This document shows, piece after piece, positions 12,501 to 27,500 of a stretch of 64,000 nt of DNA. A model generated the notes under the pieces. The model was not told the DNA's origin, searched no databases, and saw nothing but the letters and a program-made list of their open reading frames with translations. Position 1 is the stretch's first letter. Each line of letters starts with the position of its first letter. A program made the translations under genes and the position numbers. The DNA is from Phoronis australis (lineage: Eukaryota > Animalia > Phoronida). The stretch spans positions 279,733 through 343,732 of the forward strand of contig NMRA01000454.1 in assembly GCA_002633005.1 (NCBI GenBank), given 5' to 3'.

Positions 12501-15500
12501 AAAGCAGCTTGTATACGGACCAGATTGTGATAAGCCATGCAAATGTTTTAACAATGCACAATGTGACGACTACAGTGGTGAATGTCAGCAATGTCTTCCT
12601 GGGTATTCCGGAGAAGATTGCTCTATAAGTAAGTATAAGAAAAGACGTCGTATGAGGGTTAAGAACAAGTTAAATCAGGTAAACTAGACTATGACACTCG
12701 GGAGCGTGTGGCACCTTTGACGAATGGTTTAATGATACAATGATGGGACACGTGGACCTTCGCGACGTGCTCCGCGAGATGCAATCTCTACTAGCGCTCC
12801 AAGCGGCCACCTCCATATCTGTTGAGCGACTGATTAACTGCCTTTGCCAAGATGGCCTGTTTGACGCCTCGTGTGANCTGAGGACAGACGTGGTGACACA
12901 TCTTGGTGCAAATGCACTGTGTGCGTTGTTATGCCTACCTCAATGGAATGCTTGTGCTGTTCAGAGTTCGACGAGGCCAAGCCACTACTGGACATGGTTA
13001 AGTGGACCTCCGGCATACGGACAGAGGAACAACTGTCCCACTTGCCAGAGTGTCCTGCCACACTCTCCCACTGGATGGTAACCTGAGCACCCAAACTGCT
13101 TACATCGTGTCGTGTGACTCCCTCGCCACACACCTGGCACCTTCTAAATAGCTGCAACACTTTAGACAAGTCCACAATAAACTTATCAAAGTTTTTCTCA
13201 CCGATCTGTTCACTGGACGACGAACTGTCCTCTTCACTGGGTGTCGAACTGAGCCTGTAATCACTCCCACTACTCAATATCGCTGCAGGGCTGCTGAGAG
13301 GCTCTGGGCTGGAGAAAACAGCACAGGGTGAATCACTACTGGTTCCAGGAATTGCACGCTCTGGGGTACGTTCGGAGGCACGGGTGACAGTAGATGAAGT
13401 GCCTCCACTGGCTCCAGTCACTGTACTGGCCACAGCTCGCGAGGCTTCTCGCTTCAAAAACGCACTTCTCGGGGTGGCGACGGGGCACTGCCGGGAATCA
13501 ACACAGACGGAATGGCATCCTTCTTCAGGCGTTGTTTCGCAGGGACCTTCATCAGTTCAGCGTACAAATCCCTTTCGCAACCGGAGGGCAGAAAGTGCTT
13601 GCCGCACACACGGTAATTCTCCACTGCTTTGTACGTTGCGTGGACGGGTAACGCTGCGTTCTTCACACGAACGAGCCAAGTACGGCGAAGTGTGTCATCC
13701 ATCGGAAAGCGATGCAAAGGTACTCCCAAAGCGCGCGTGACCCGATAAATAGTACATTCCGGTACGCAGCAACAGTGTGGCATGTTGACTGACTAGTAAA
13801 TGAAAGCAAACGACGACGGAACTTAACACAACCGAGGTAGAACAATGACTGACTCGTGAGCTCTCACAGTCAGACTATATGAAAAGAAATTGGCGCGAAA
13901 TGCTTGCCTCCTAAAACGTCATTCCGCAGTAGCGGACGAGTAATTAATAAAATTTCGAAAAGCTGTAATTAAGTGGAAAATATGTCTAGGATAACCAACC
14001 AAGCTTATTTTAGCTCAAAATGACATGGAAAAAGGTTGCCTTCGCCTTTAAGAAAGCACTGAAACTATTTGACTTGTTGCCAAGGGCATCTAGAGCATTT
14101 ACTGCTAGGGAAGGGTGACAACGGTCCCGATGCAATGGTCCTGTTTCGCGCAAGAAAGCTAAGTTTTATTAATCTTTCACCGGTTTCGACTATATTGGAA
14201 CTTCCTGGTCAGCGATTATCCGAGTGCCGCAATGCACGGCCAGGTACATTTAAGAAAGTACATAGAATACTTGCAGTGACATTCCCTGTTTGCAACAATA
14301 ACGACTAAATAGTTGTTACTTCATGGATGCTTGTAAATATAAAGCAACACTGCACTGTATTCCTTCAGTAATTGTGTGCGTTTGCAGCATAAAATAAACG
14401 CTACCCACACGTGTAGGGGTGTTGTTTGATCTGCTACGCAGGATATCTAGGGCTGCTATCTAGCAGAACAAAAGTTGGAAATGCAATTTCATTTTTGGTA
14501 ACTTTTGGGGGAGTCTGTTGCTAAAATTATGACGGTTGAATGAACACGTGACTTGAGTCCTGCAATGATAACTCCCCCAAATCTCAACCGGGGACTATAT
14601 AAGGGAAATATGAATAGCCTATTTCATTTGCGTGTATGACTTTTGTTCAATCTGATACCGATAACACTTATTTCTGTCAAAGTTAGGCGGCGCATTATTG
14701 TTTAATTGCAGAAACAGATTGCACGGAGTCATTTGATTTCTACCCAGCTTCCGATAAGTATCCGTTCTCAACCTTTTACTGCGTTGATGGTAAGTACAGG
14801 TTGAGTTTGACCCCAGGAGAGGGCAGTTGCCCTCCTTCAGAGACAGGGTTGTCTAACGTCACTCATTCATTTTCCCGTGGAAGATTGTACTTGTGGTGAA
14901 AGTGGAATCATTGCAACCACTTTAAAAAGGCTTAACAAGTAGGCAACGACTCTGTATGTTAGCGCAGCTAGCTGACGCAGCCTTACATGTACGACATAAG
15001 CGTGGCTGTTGCGTTATACAATATATACAATATGCGCTCTAATTTGCTTGATGTACTTGTGGGTGGCACTAAGCACTGGCCTTATTTCTCATGTCAAAGG
15101 CAAATTGGTACACCGTATGTAACGGAGACTGAAAGTATGTGGGCGTCTTGGCCATTCAGAGTACAGCGATCCAAATTAAAAACAATTGAACTCCTGGATG
15201 GCGTTTTTGGGAACAGGCAAAGTGCGATATCTGTTCTGATTTGAGTAAGAAAGTTCAAAACATATCAAACTATTTGTAAATGATGCCAAGTAAATTGAAG
15301 CTATAAAGATTACAGCACTCCTTAACAACATTACAGTTCCGTTGCTCGAGGTTTCCTTTGGTGTGGTTGACAAAGTTAGTAACGATGCGAACCTCGAAAA
15401 TAAGATCCTCCGCGCACTTGAAGGAGCTGTGAAAGTAGTCCAGGCACGGATCACTTCATTGCTTGTGGTTTCAGGTACTGTGTGACGCTGTACTTGAAGT

Positions 15501-18500
15501 GGTTAACGATTTTAATTAACAACTGTTTTGGTGCAATTAATACTGCTCTTCCTAAGTATACATACACCTGTATTGCAATATAAGTAGAATTCATTGACAT
15601 TTGCGCATGCACAGACTGGAGACATAGGCAAAAATTCTGCTTTCGTGATTGTTGACGTACTGTACATGTATATAGGCAATTCAACGTTGGTATGGTCCCA
15701 AAATATGTTTCTCTCTTACATTATACTAAATTTCATTTTATGATGTCGATGTCACGCTCAAGAACTAGCGAGTCCCTATGCATTCGAAAATAAAAACGCA
15801 GCTCTTGATTGTAGAGGGAGGGGGACAGCGTGTACAGCTTCATATAAGACCGCCTGCAACAAGTTCGGAAAGGCTAAGTTCCGAAGTGATCGCCTCGATC
15901 AATGATCTGGTAAAAGGAGGAAAAAGTGTGATAGAGCATCCCCCCGGGAAACAAATTAATGCCAAACCCGGGCGCCTACATATAAAGCCGGTGCTCGAGG
16001 AGCCGGACAAAGGTTGGAAACTTGTGTGCATGTACGGGGTATAGCAGCTGCTCTGGATTTTATTTACAGAATGTAATGAGGGGTCAATAGAACACTTCTC
16101 GTGATTAGCAAAGCGTAGTTCAGAGGTCCACAGCACTTAACCTAGGTGATCAGGGTACTAACATGTGGTTAGGCCTAAATGATAACCTAGAACGAACACT
16201 AGTACAATGTATAAACATAGATGAATATCTTTGGAAATCAACCAGTCGTGTCGCATGGAGCCCCGAATGAGGAAAGACTGAAAAATTACATCCTGGAAAC
16301 AGTTTTGGAACTGCCTGTTACATCTGGCATGTAAAGCGTTACAGTGACCAATCATGTGACACGGATCAAGCTTTGTTAAAATCGGAGGTGCCATATGCAA
16401 CGCTACTTACACAAGTACGATGTGTGACGATCTGTTGTGTCACAAACAACTCGTCCACTATCTAACAATTCGAAATTTTGTTGTGAGTTAAAACATTTTC
16501 TAAAGTACACTACCTGCGCTCGAAAATACAATGGCCCCCATGTCACTGCAAGCTTCGTTCAAGCAGATTCATTTTCAGCACAAACGTCAATGTAGGTGTC
16601 CTTGTAAGTTTGAAAATAAACAAAAACAGATAGTTGGTATGATCCTTGGTCCATGGTGACCACCATATCGTCTAATTCCGCGAAAGCGTGCACTTAATGG
16701 TCAAGGCTTCGTTATTGACATTGAAATACATACATCTGTACGGTTGATAACCGTCACTCAACTGAGTTTTTACACACACGCGCGCGCGCGCGTGAGCGTG
16801 CGCAAACAAACAAAAACAAAGAAACATGCCCATCATTTGAGATGGATCACAACTCTGACTTTCGGTAAAGAAAAGCATATTTGAAAAAACACGCAAACGC
16901 GTGCATGTCGCATTCCTGCGCGTAATAAGGAACCACATGAATACACCGTAGGTCCATCTCTAAATTAAATTGTGTGCACTGTTTCCAGGCTGATGATTGG
17001 GTCTGGTGATATAACACAATTAAATGTTTCCTCCGGCTATCTTAACTTCACGGTCTCTTTGTACATTCCGTCTTTAATGTTCAGATGCGAAGTAATGTGA
17101 TGAATTTTAAGCTCATTGTGGGCAAATGCTTTGGAAGTGCCCGTTTGATACGGAATTTTAATAGCACATATTGTACGTCTTTGTTTAAGTACAACCGTAA
17201 TGTGATACACTTTAGGAAATGCAGGTTTGCCACTTTGTTTGGAAGCGTTGGATGTATCGGCTTATCACTACTTCACTAGAAGTCAAAATGAATATACAGT
17301 GTATCTATTTCACGTTGCAGTGGAAATGGTGAGAATTCTGGCTGAAATTGATAAGAGGATTGTGGCGGAGGAGACGCTTACATCTCCGGTGGACCAGTTC
17401 TTCCGTCATATCCGCCCAACATTTAGCAAAGACAAGACAAGATATAAGATGCCGTTTGTTTCACCAAGTAAGTCAATACATGTAGATATTAAGCTCAGCC
17501 GCGAAAGACCGAAGTTGGTATTTCAGTTCCACAGTTCTACAGGAATAAATTTTCTCTTCCTCAACAGAGGGTAAGCTAATCGTTGAGCTGCACAAGCCAA
17601 TACCAAGTGCCACGACATTCAGCAGCACCGTTATAAAGCGACTTCAGCACGAATTTCGTAAAGACACAGGAGTCGAGGGTGCGGACGGAAACGTGGTATT
17701 TACTATCAAAGGTGGAACTGTAACTTACGACCTGGGGCCTAAGAAAGTCCCACCTGGGGTTGATGAAAGTGAGTTTATTTGCCGGTTCGGACAGATTAGT
17801 CACGTTGAAAGTGTTCTAAAACACTTTAACCAAAGGCCCGTTACCAATGTTTTATTTGCGACATTTCAAAATGTGAATGCAACTTTGGATAATTTTATGG
17901 AGGCAACATTACCTAACGATATAGAAATCGGGTTGAGCGTCCTGACCTTCTGGCGTCAGGGGATTTTGTAAAACATTTGATACAAGGTTTCAGATGTTTT
18001 CATTGGCTTCCAACTGGTTAGGAAGTCACGCTTCTATACTGTTTAAAACAGCATTAAATTATAGTCATGAATTTAAATCATTGGCGTATCTCCCATATTC
18101 AACTTGAAGTTCTGGAAAAGAGTTGGCGTAGGGTACATTTTGTCTGCACTTCACTATACAACTGTATCAGACTTTCGGTTGATGGCTGTGACACTTTCTG
18201 CCTGTTTAGTGAAACTATTTCAGTATCGTTAAGTCAAGTCTAAAATGTCTTAGCTTTGTTTACTGAAATCTCGTAAGACCCAAATTATACCGATAATTAG
18301 TGTAGGAGCCGTGGACTTAGAGCACAAGGAGTAGTCGGATATGATAAGTTTTCACAAGCTTAGATAACTCTCAATCCGACAAGGCAGATTTATCTTAAAC
18401 AAATATAATGGAATAATAATTCTCGACAAATACGTTCACGTTACAATACAATAAAGATACGGTACACGGAACCCAACAAGTGCATAGAGATACTTACAAA

Positions 18501-21500
18501 TGCGAACTTACCATGAAATTGGCTCTAGGCTCCATGGAAAACATCGTTAGCGTTGTAAGCGTAAGTATACATTGTACGTGTACCGGTTCGTTAGAGTAAG
18601 CCCCGATGATACTGGAACGTAGCTTATAAAGACACTTCCGCCAATTTACACATTTAACGTTACGCAACCCGAAATAAAAATAGTGCATCAACAGTTAGCC
18701 TGTTACGAAGTAGGCTTAGGATCATTTTAGGCCTACATAGCCAAAATGTAATGCCGTTACTATAAACTGCTGAATATATTTTTGGGCAAATGTTTGGAAT
18801 ACGATGTCAAATTGAAGATCGTCTGTTCTGGATTGGAAAACTGACAAGCGCCACAGAAGGAATGCAATCAGTCGTTCCTAAACATTGGCAGTGATATTTT
18901 TCAAACATATCTGAGTACAGATCAGTAACGCAAACCTCGNTAATGTGATGAATTTTAAGCTCATTGTGGGCAAATGCTTTGGAAGTGCCCGTTTGATACG
19001 GAATTTTAATAGCACATATTGTACGTCTTTGTTTAAGTACAACCGTAATGTGATACACTTTAGGAAATGCAGGTTTGCCACTTTGTTTGGAAGCGTTGGA
19101 TGTATCGGCTTATCACTACTTCACTAGAAGTCAAAATGAATATACAGTGTATCTATTTCACGTTGCAGTGGAAATGGTGAGAATTCTGGCTGAAATTGAT
19201 AAGAGGATTGTGGCGGAGGAGACGCTTACATCTCCGGTGGACCAGTTCTTCCGTCATATCCGCCCAACATTTAGCAAAGACAAGACAAGATATAAGATGC
19301 CGTTTGTTTCACCAAGTAAGTCAATACATGTAGATATTAAGCTCAGCCGCGAAAGACCGAAGTTGGTATTTCAGTTCCACAGTTCTACAGGAATAAATTT
19401 TCTCTTCCTCAACAGAGGGTAAGCTAATCGTTGAGCTGCACAAGCCAATACCAAGTGCCACGACATTCAGCAGCACCGTTATAAAGCGACTTCAGCACGA
19501 ATTTCGTAAAGACACAGGAGTCGAGGGTGCGGACGGAAACGTGGTATTTACTATCAAAGGTGGAACTGTAACTTACGACCTGGGGCCTAAGAAAGTCCCA
19601 CCTGGGGTTGATGAAAGTGAGTTTATTTGCCGGTTCGGACAGATTAGTCACGTTGACAGTGTTCTAAAACACGTTAACCAAAGGCCCGTTACCAATGTTT
19701 TATTGGCGACATTTCAAAATGTGAATGCAACTTTGGATAATTTTATGGAGGCAACATTACCTAACGATTTAGAAATCGGGTTGAACGTCCTGACCTTCTG
19801 GGGTCAGGGGATTTTGTAAAACATTTGATACAAGGTTTTAGGTGTTTTCATTGGCTTCCAACTGGTTAGGAAGTCACGCTTCTATACTGTTTAAAACAGC
19901 ATTAAATTATAGTCATGAATTTAAATCATTGGCGTATCTCCCATATTCAACTTGAAGTTCTGGAAAAGAGTTGGCGTAGGGTAAATTTTGTCTGCACTTC
20001 ACTATACAACTGTATCAGACTTTCGGTTAATGGCTGTGACACTTTCTGCCTGTTTAGTGAAACTATTTCAGTATCGTTAAGTCAAGTCTAAAATGTCTTA
20101 GCTTTGTTTACTGAAAACTCGTAAGACCCAAATTATACCGATAATTAGTGTAGGAGCCGTGGACTTAGAGTACAAGAAGTAGTCGGATATGATAAGTTTT
20201 CACAAGCTGACATAACTCTCAATCCGACAAGGCAGATTTATCTTAAACAAATATAATGGAATAATAATTCTCGACAAATACGTTCACGTTACAATACAAT
20301 AAAGATACGGTACACGGAACCCAACAAGTGCATAGAGATACTTACAAATGCGAACTTACAATGAAATTGGCTCTAGGCTCCATGGAAAACATCGTTAGCG
20401 TTGTAAGCGTAAGTATACATTGCACGTGTACCGGTTCGTTAGAGTAAGCCCCGATGGTACTGGAACGTAGCTTATAAAGACACTTCCGCCAATTTACATA
20501 TTTAACGTTACGCAACCCGAAATAAAAATAGTGCATCAACAGTTAGCCTGTTACGAAGTAGGCTTAGGATCATTTTAGGCCTAAATAGCCAAAATGTAAT
20601 GCCTTCACTATAAACTGCTGAATATATTTTTGGGCAAATGTTTGGAATACCATGTCAAATTGAAGATCGTCTGTTCTGGATTGGAAAACTGACAAGCGCC
20701 ACAGAGGGAATGCAATCAGTCGTTCCTAAACATTGGCAGTGATATTTTTCAGACATATCTGAGTACAGTTCAGTAACGCAAACCTCGCTAAACAGAAAAA
20801 CTTCATGAGATTACGTGAAAAGTCGTCTTGTCCCTTTAAGAGGAGAACATGAGTTTGTTTAGATTTTTTCTCGCCTCAAGACAGCCACTGAACTATACCC
20901 TGGTATCCTCAATTAAACCAGACGGCAAATCTTGCAAATCTGACACGTTCAGGATTGAAACTTTGTTTTCAACGGGTTGCAAAAGAATAGTTAATTAAGC
21001 ATGCGTATAAGTGTTGTAGCATACGAGTGCGCATGACGTGCTTTATATTAGAGTAATGCAACTGGAACATCATGTGAAACGACTTTCATAGTTCATTTTC
21101 AGATGCACAGATGTAAACTTGTTTCAGAGAATGATACCCCTTGGAATATAATTCTTTCCTTGCTTTCAGCGATCTTGCTTTTGGTGTGTTCTGTTGACTA
21201 ATGCCAATCGCGCTGAATGCTCATGAAAAGAATGAACGTTGCACTCTCGGGGGTGGGAGATTGGACAATTTGAGCGGTTAGCGTATCTCAAAATATGCCA
21301 CATTGGTCAGCAGTACCGTGAAATTGCAGTCATTTACACTACCCTAGGATGTTGCTTTTATCGTGCTCTAGATTGTTTAATACTCTGGGGGTGACAGCGG
21401 CATCTTTTTGTGTTTTGGAAGTTTTAGTAGGACATGTGAATAGCACGATTGATAAGGTTTAAATTTTGAAAACCGGATAAGAAATGTGATTTTTACCACT

Positions 21501-24500
21501 TAAAAAAGTTTTGTATAATTTCTTCATGCTATGAATCTCATTAACTGGACTGTTTCATCAACATTTTTTATTCCAATAACATAATCACCAGGCAGCAGTT
21601 GGAACACAGCCTTGGGATCGCTACTTGAAACTGGTTTGTCTTACAGGAACTTAACCCTAAATCAGTCTAAGCTACGACTGAAAGTTAGCCAGCTACACAG
21701 TGGGATCAAGGTTGGATTTTTGGTATAATTGACCAAAATATGATGTTTTTGTCCGTAAACAATGTCATATTGAAATTTGTTTGATATCAACACCAGAACC
21801 ACCACAGGCCGTAGAGACTTGCTGGTACATGTGAAAACATATTTTCAATCCAGGGACCTCTGACACCAATACTTAAAATGCAGATGAATTTCAAGAGTTT
21901 CCAAGATACATCTTGGAACCCTATTTCATACATTACCTCGCTTAGTTTACTTTATGCATTTTCACTACAGGACGAAAGCAAAGTTTTTATTCTCATTTAT
22001 GTCAAAACCCGACTGTCTAAGTTAAGACTGGAGACCAAATCAAGCTACATGCATGTGTTCAAGATACGGTCTTTTCGGAATTCTTGTCGTCGGTCTTATC
22101 TTAGGCAATTCGTTCTCATGAAGCGGGCCTCGGACGCGAGCACGTTATATATAAGAGGAAAATTTGGTTCATAGGCAATTAAATTATGTGATTTGAATTT
22201 GCTAATTCCATAATTATTATTTTTTTCATTTATCTGTTCTTTGCTGTAGCGCCTAAAGTCAGAGTGTCGTTCTACATTAAGTGCAATATGCCGGCTTCCA
22301 CTCAGTCTCAAGTTTTCAAGTATATCGCCAAAACTGTGCGGGAAAAACTTGGCGTGTCCAAAGAAAGAATTGTTGAGATGAAGTCTACTGTACAAGGAGA
22401 GGGTATGTCGGTTTCTATACAAAACTTCGTGTGTCTAAACATAACACTCGATCTAGTCTTACTTTGTTCCGTTAAAGTACAGTTTAATGTCACCTCTCTC
22501 TTAACCATCGTAAGTGATAACCTGCAACAGTGACATCTTAAACTTGTTTTACAACAAGAACAGTCACGTTGACGAGTTTTCAGGTTAAAAAAACACCTCG
22601 TAAACATTCCAGTTTCCTTAGTCACATTTGTGCTCCTAAAGCCGACGAACTTGTCTCCCAAAAAAACAAGTGACGCCCTTCGTGAATGGAATAAACAGCT
22701 CTACAAAGGAAAGATTAATGTGGTTGATGATAACGGAAATGTCGTCTGCACCATCCTCAAGCAAGAACCAGCCATTGATCTGATCACGACCACCGTTCCC
22801 GCTATTATAGATAAACGTGAGTAGAGCCTGACACTGAAAACAATCGATACCATCCCAAATTGGCAACTGCGTTAGCCATTAATTTTGTGTTTGTTTACGT
22901 CAAAAAGTGGGAACAAGCATAGGCACGACAAAGAGTTTCTGCTTACTTGCCTGTTTTTTCTCGCTTTTCCGCTTGCCGAGCCATTATTTCAGGCTAAAAC
23001 CTCATTCCACTGTGGTGCAGGTAACACCATTGGTCTTGAAGTGTACTAAATGGCATTAACGAAACAGAACTGATTGAGACGTGTGTTCTTCATATGCTAC
23101 AAACACTGATCTAATGTTAACCTAATACCAGTACAGATTTTGTTGTGTTTCTGTTGAAAATTAGGGTACAGTTTTCTTAATCTCATGTCGCATTATTACA
23201 ACTAATGCCGTTTACCACCGAGTTGATTATCTCGGGTAAGCACTTTGACAAGTGCCAACAGGATCTGCAATACACGTCTGTCGCATTGGGTTAGATGACC
23301 TTGCTCGCTACTTTCGAATTATTTTGGCTCACCGAAGATCGCATGATTACAAACCGGGCGTGCGTTCAGTAGACGCTAGGACCTACGCTAGGACCTACGC
23401 TAGGACCTAGCTAAAACCTAGTCAAAGTCACGTGTTCTCATTTAAAATGCACGGCAATATCTCACGTAATCATGCGAAGTCTTGCTTTTTAGCGATGTCC
23501 TAGCGTTACTAAACGGGAGGCGGGCCCACACGTCTACATGTATGACCTTTGCAGGTTCAAGTATACATGTACGTTGTACATATAAATGTACAACGTATAT
23601 GCTCAGTTTGCTATAGTTCCTACCGAATTCGAATGGGGTTACATTATGCACCTTATGGCAGGTTTCAGCGTTTCCTACATCATCTGAGACTTGAAGTTAA
23701 TGATTTCCTTCACACCTATTTACTTGGGGTAATTTATTGCCGCATAAAATGAAAAAATCACTCGAGAAGCTACACATAAAACTATACACAGTGAGATTCG
23801 GGGGGGGGGGGGTTAATGTAATATGTGCACTCATTATGTTTGCTGGTTGAGTGCCCTCGGACTGTAGAGTGGATGGTGGTGAGAAAGAGGCTATATTGCT
23901 TCATTTGTCATTGATGCAAACTTCCGTTACTGTATGGCGGACACTTTTCAGGATGACGCACGAACGAGTTAAGGTCACTACCTAGCTTCGTTGCCAAAGA
24001 TTTCAGTTGTTTATTTTGTATTTGTCATTTATAGACTGTTCTCCGAGTAACGTCGGTATAGGCGACAGGGCGAAATGCTCAGTGAACTGTGCTTCAGTTT
24101 CCATAACGTTGCTGTCATCTTGGGCAACGATGACGTAAATCGAATGGTCGCTAATGGGAGTCCCTGAAGGATCCTCTTTGAAAAGGTTTCTGAAAGAAAC
24201 AGTTGTGCTGGTTTTTCCCCATTCAGAAACAATAAAATGGTTTGTCAACAGAAGAGGCGCTTGTCTCTGACGGAAAAAAAACGGGTTTGAATGTCTGCGT
24301 GGAAATAACTACGGGGGGAGGGGGGGCTTCAAGATATATTTCTTTGGCTACTGTGTACCACAGTCTAGCTCAGACACAGGGTCTTAATGGCACTTTTTTC
24401 ATCCTTCACAAATCATGATTATTTACAATAATCATAAAAATGTGAAAGTCATAATCATTGTATTTATTAAAATATTTATTAAAGATCCCTTTTGAGAACC

Positions 24501-27500
24501 AAGGAACCGTACCTTGATATGGAAAGTGCACGGCCGTTTCGTCCATATCTCATGACAAGTGCCTTTTTACGGGAAACGAACATCGTAATGTGTAAAAGGT
24601 TGCATTGAAAGTATTATTTATCATGTAGTTTCCAAGGTTAAGGCGAGGTTCACATTGAAATGTACGATTTCCGGAACACAACAATTGAAAAGACATGTTG
24701 AAGACTCGCTATCCCGTGTTCTTGGCGTTCCAAGTTCGCGGATGGAAAAGATCGAAATATCAAAGAAGAATGACGGTATGCCTATGTCTCACTGTATTTT
24801 CTCATCCATTTCCTTAAATCGAATTGTTATTTTCATTTCAAAGTTTCTGTTTTGTTGCATTTTTGTAACATGGCTACCAAGCTGTTTCTGTCTAGAATTG
24901 TTAAAATGCAACGCCCTTTAAAGATTGGCAGGACCTCATCTACGCTCAAAGATGTTAACGGTTATTCTGCTACAATCCTATTAAACAGTACATTCACAAA
25001 TCCATGGGTTTTAGAGCTTGTAGATATTTGACCTTTAAATTTAAAATAATCTGGCTTCAATTGGTCACGTGGCCACGCGCCTATTTATTTAATTTTTAGT
25101 TGAAACACATGTGCATCCGTAGCAAAACAACGGTATCCATCATGACAGAATTTCGTTTGATATTAATTTTCAAGATGAGATTTCAGAAGCAATCTTACTG
25201 TTTTGTACATTGTCATTTTTTGATTTCCTTCATCGACATGAAAAAAATTCTCATTTTGATTGCCACTCATGCAAAACTTGAATATTATGAAAGAATTCGT
25301 CTTGGAAAACAATAATTAAGCACAACGCCTTGAACTTTCATATGCATTGGGGCAGCCATTTCTGAAACACGATGTTCCGAAGTCAGTTCACCTTGCACTT
25401 TTTTCCAGACTTCTATCTAGATTTATTGGCTGGCGTTTTGTTGTTGCGAAAGAATCTTTTTAAAATGTATTTTGGTTATCTTTTCTTTTCTTACAGTACA
25501 CCAAATTGATGTTGTTATTCTTCCACCTACGGCGTCGTCAACAAAAAAATCGAGTGAAATATTGAAGACCTTGAGATACATATTATTCAACGTAGAATTG
25601 AAAATAACGAATGGTGACGGCGAACTCTGTACCAAAGATCCGAAAAGCCCAACACTAACGATTGTACCTGTTGGGCCAGATCCACCCAACGTAAAAGTAG
25701 GTCAGTCGTGCGCATGCGTGATTTTGAGTTTGTGCACAAGTACTCAGTAACTTGAAAGCAGAGTTGAGATAAAGAAACTGATTTAAGTTCATGTTTGACG
25801 TACACATGTACCTGTAATATTTTTTCCTCCACTTTCGGAAAGATCGCTAAAATTCAAGAAAATTTTATATCAAAAGGTTAAGTCAAACTTAAGGTGTCTT
25901 TCTTGAAAGGGACTTGAGACAAATTCACGTTTTATCGTTAAATTGGCTGATATTTAAGATTGGTCTTAGCCAAGTCCATATCTCGACCGGAAATGCAAAC
26001 AATAAATGATAAACTAAATTAAAATAACACCATGGCGTCGTCAGATACATGCGTGCACCCAGCCTAAAATGGGTGGAGGGCTCGAATTTTTGAGAATGTG
26101 GACCTATTACTAAAATTGGCGGCCGACGTTCAGAGCTATGGATTGTGCATTCGCCAACTTTTTGCAGGACCTGCCTTTTTACTGCACTTTTGTCTCGTTT
26201 TCTGCTTAATTCTGAGTGGGACCTCTTTGCCCCTGGGTGCGCGCATGAGAAACGAAACTTTTTTGCAAAAGATGGTTACTATTACAAATATATTTAACTC
26301 ATAGGAATTTCTAATCAGTGTCGTGAAAAAGTTACACATTGTAATAAAGCCCGTTGTATATTATTAAAGCGAAAACTTTAATACCACATTGCAGCAGGTG
26401 CCTTGGGCTGACATCACACCCAACGAATTGAATCGTTACTTTGTGTGGCAATAATTTCGATGTCTTTGTTGGTAATCTTAAGACTATTTATAGCTTAACT
26501 GTAGTAAAGCAACTGCAACAACGCCGAAAACGTACCTGCTGTATTCAAGTACCATTTGAATCTAGAACGAAACGGGGCATTCAGCAATATCCATATCGTG
26601 TCTGCATGCCGATATGCCTGGCATAAAGCTCACTCACGAATTAAGAATTGTGTAAATATTACGTCAGGATCGGTTTCATTGGATTCAGTTCCCCCATACG
26701 TCGGTTTAGGTGAGTCAATCGCACGTGCTTCCCGTAAACGAAAGAACCTCGCACGTAAAGTACTCGACTTCACCTCGCGATATTCCTGCGACTAAGAAGC
26801 GCAGACGCTTTTAAGTCTTCTGGATCCTTGCAAGTCGGGAATCAACCAAACTCTTTGAATTATAGTTCAAGTTGATCAACTAACTAGACAGATGGTATCT
26901 GTGACCGTGATCGAGGTGGCTATGTTGGCTATTGACAAAATGACAAAGATAGCGCCGGTTTAGAAATGTGAGTCAATATCGATGATCTATTTCAGGGGAC
27001 GATACCAAGGTGTCAATTTCCATGAAGTGTGACACTACAACGTTTGACAACAAAGGAGAGCTTGCCAAAAACGCGCTTTTAGAGGTCTTGCAAGTGGAGT
27101 TAGGGAGGATAGCAAACTTAGTGACCAAGCAAAGTGGCGATAGTAAGGAAGTATTTATTTTTTATTAGTTTCACTTGTATTTGTCTGAAGCACTTAACCA
27201 GATAGCGTTTTATGCTCCCACACGTGCAAACCTTTGTGTAGCGTGGACGGGTAGTGCACGCTACTGAAGGCTGTGTGTAGTAGCCACCTAGTGGCAATTT
27301 CAGTTTTTGGAATCCGGATATTTTCTACCAAAGCAAGTGGGTTGTCTGTCTGAATGTTAGCAGTGGACAAGTGGGTTTTATTTAACCTAAGACCACATCC
27401 GATTTTTGATGCCCCGCTTTTGATGTGCTACCCAGTGGCAAGGATATGGTACATGTACATCTGTGCCTTGGTATCTTTTAGACCTCTTGATAAATTGTTT

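Larger units (their letters stand above)
12878..14047 (-). mobile_element. Internally deleted Kolobok-like DNA transposon (THAP-transposase 5' part on minus strand, KolX fragment on plus strand)
   Basis: Right end reads ..gccttcgcct|TTAA (AGG start on the minus strand, TTAA flank). Convergent THAP and KolX-like fragments. Left end not recognisable (N at 12877). Confidence 0.7.
17093..20787 (+). repeat. 1848-bp near-identical tandem duplication (17093-18939 and 18941-20787) joined by a single N
   Basis: Constant 1848 offset from end to end; the exons appear identical and only scattered intronic SNPs differ. Confidence 0.95.

Noticed and set aside
23373-23410. 13-bp unit (acgctaggacct-type) repeated about 3 times
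   Set aside because: An ordinary slippage minisatellite in an intron.
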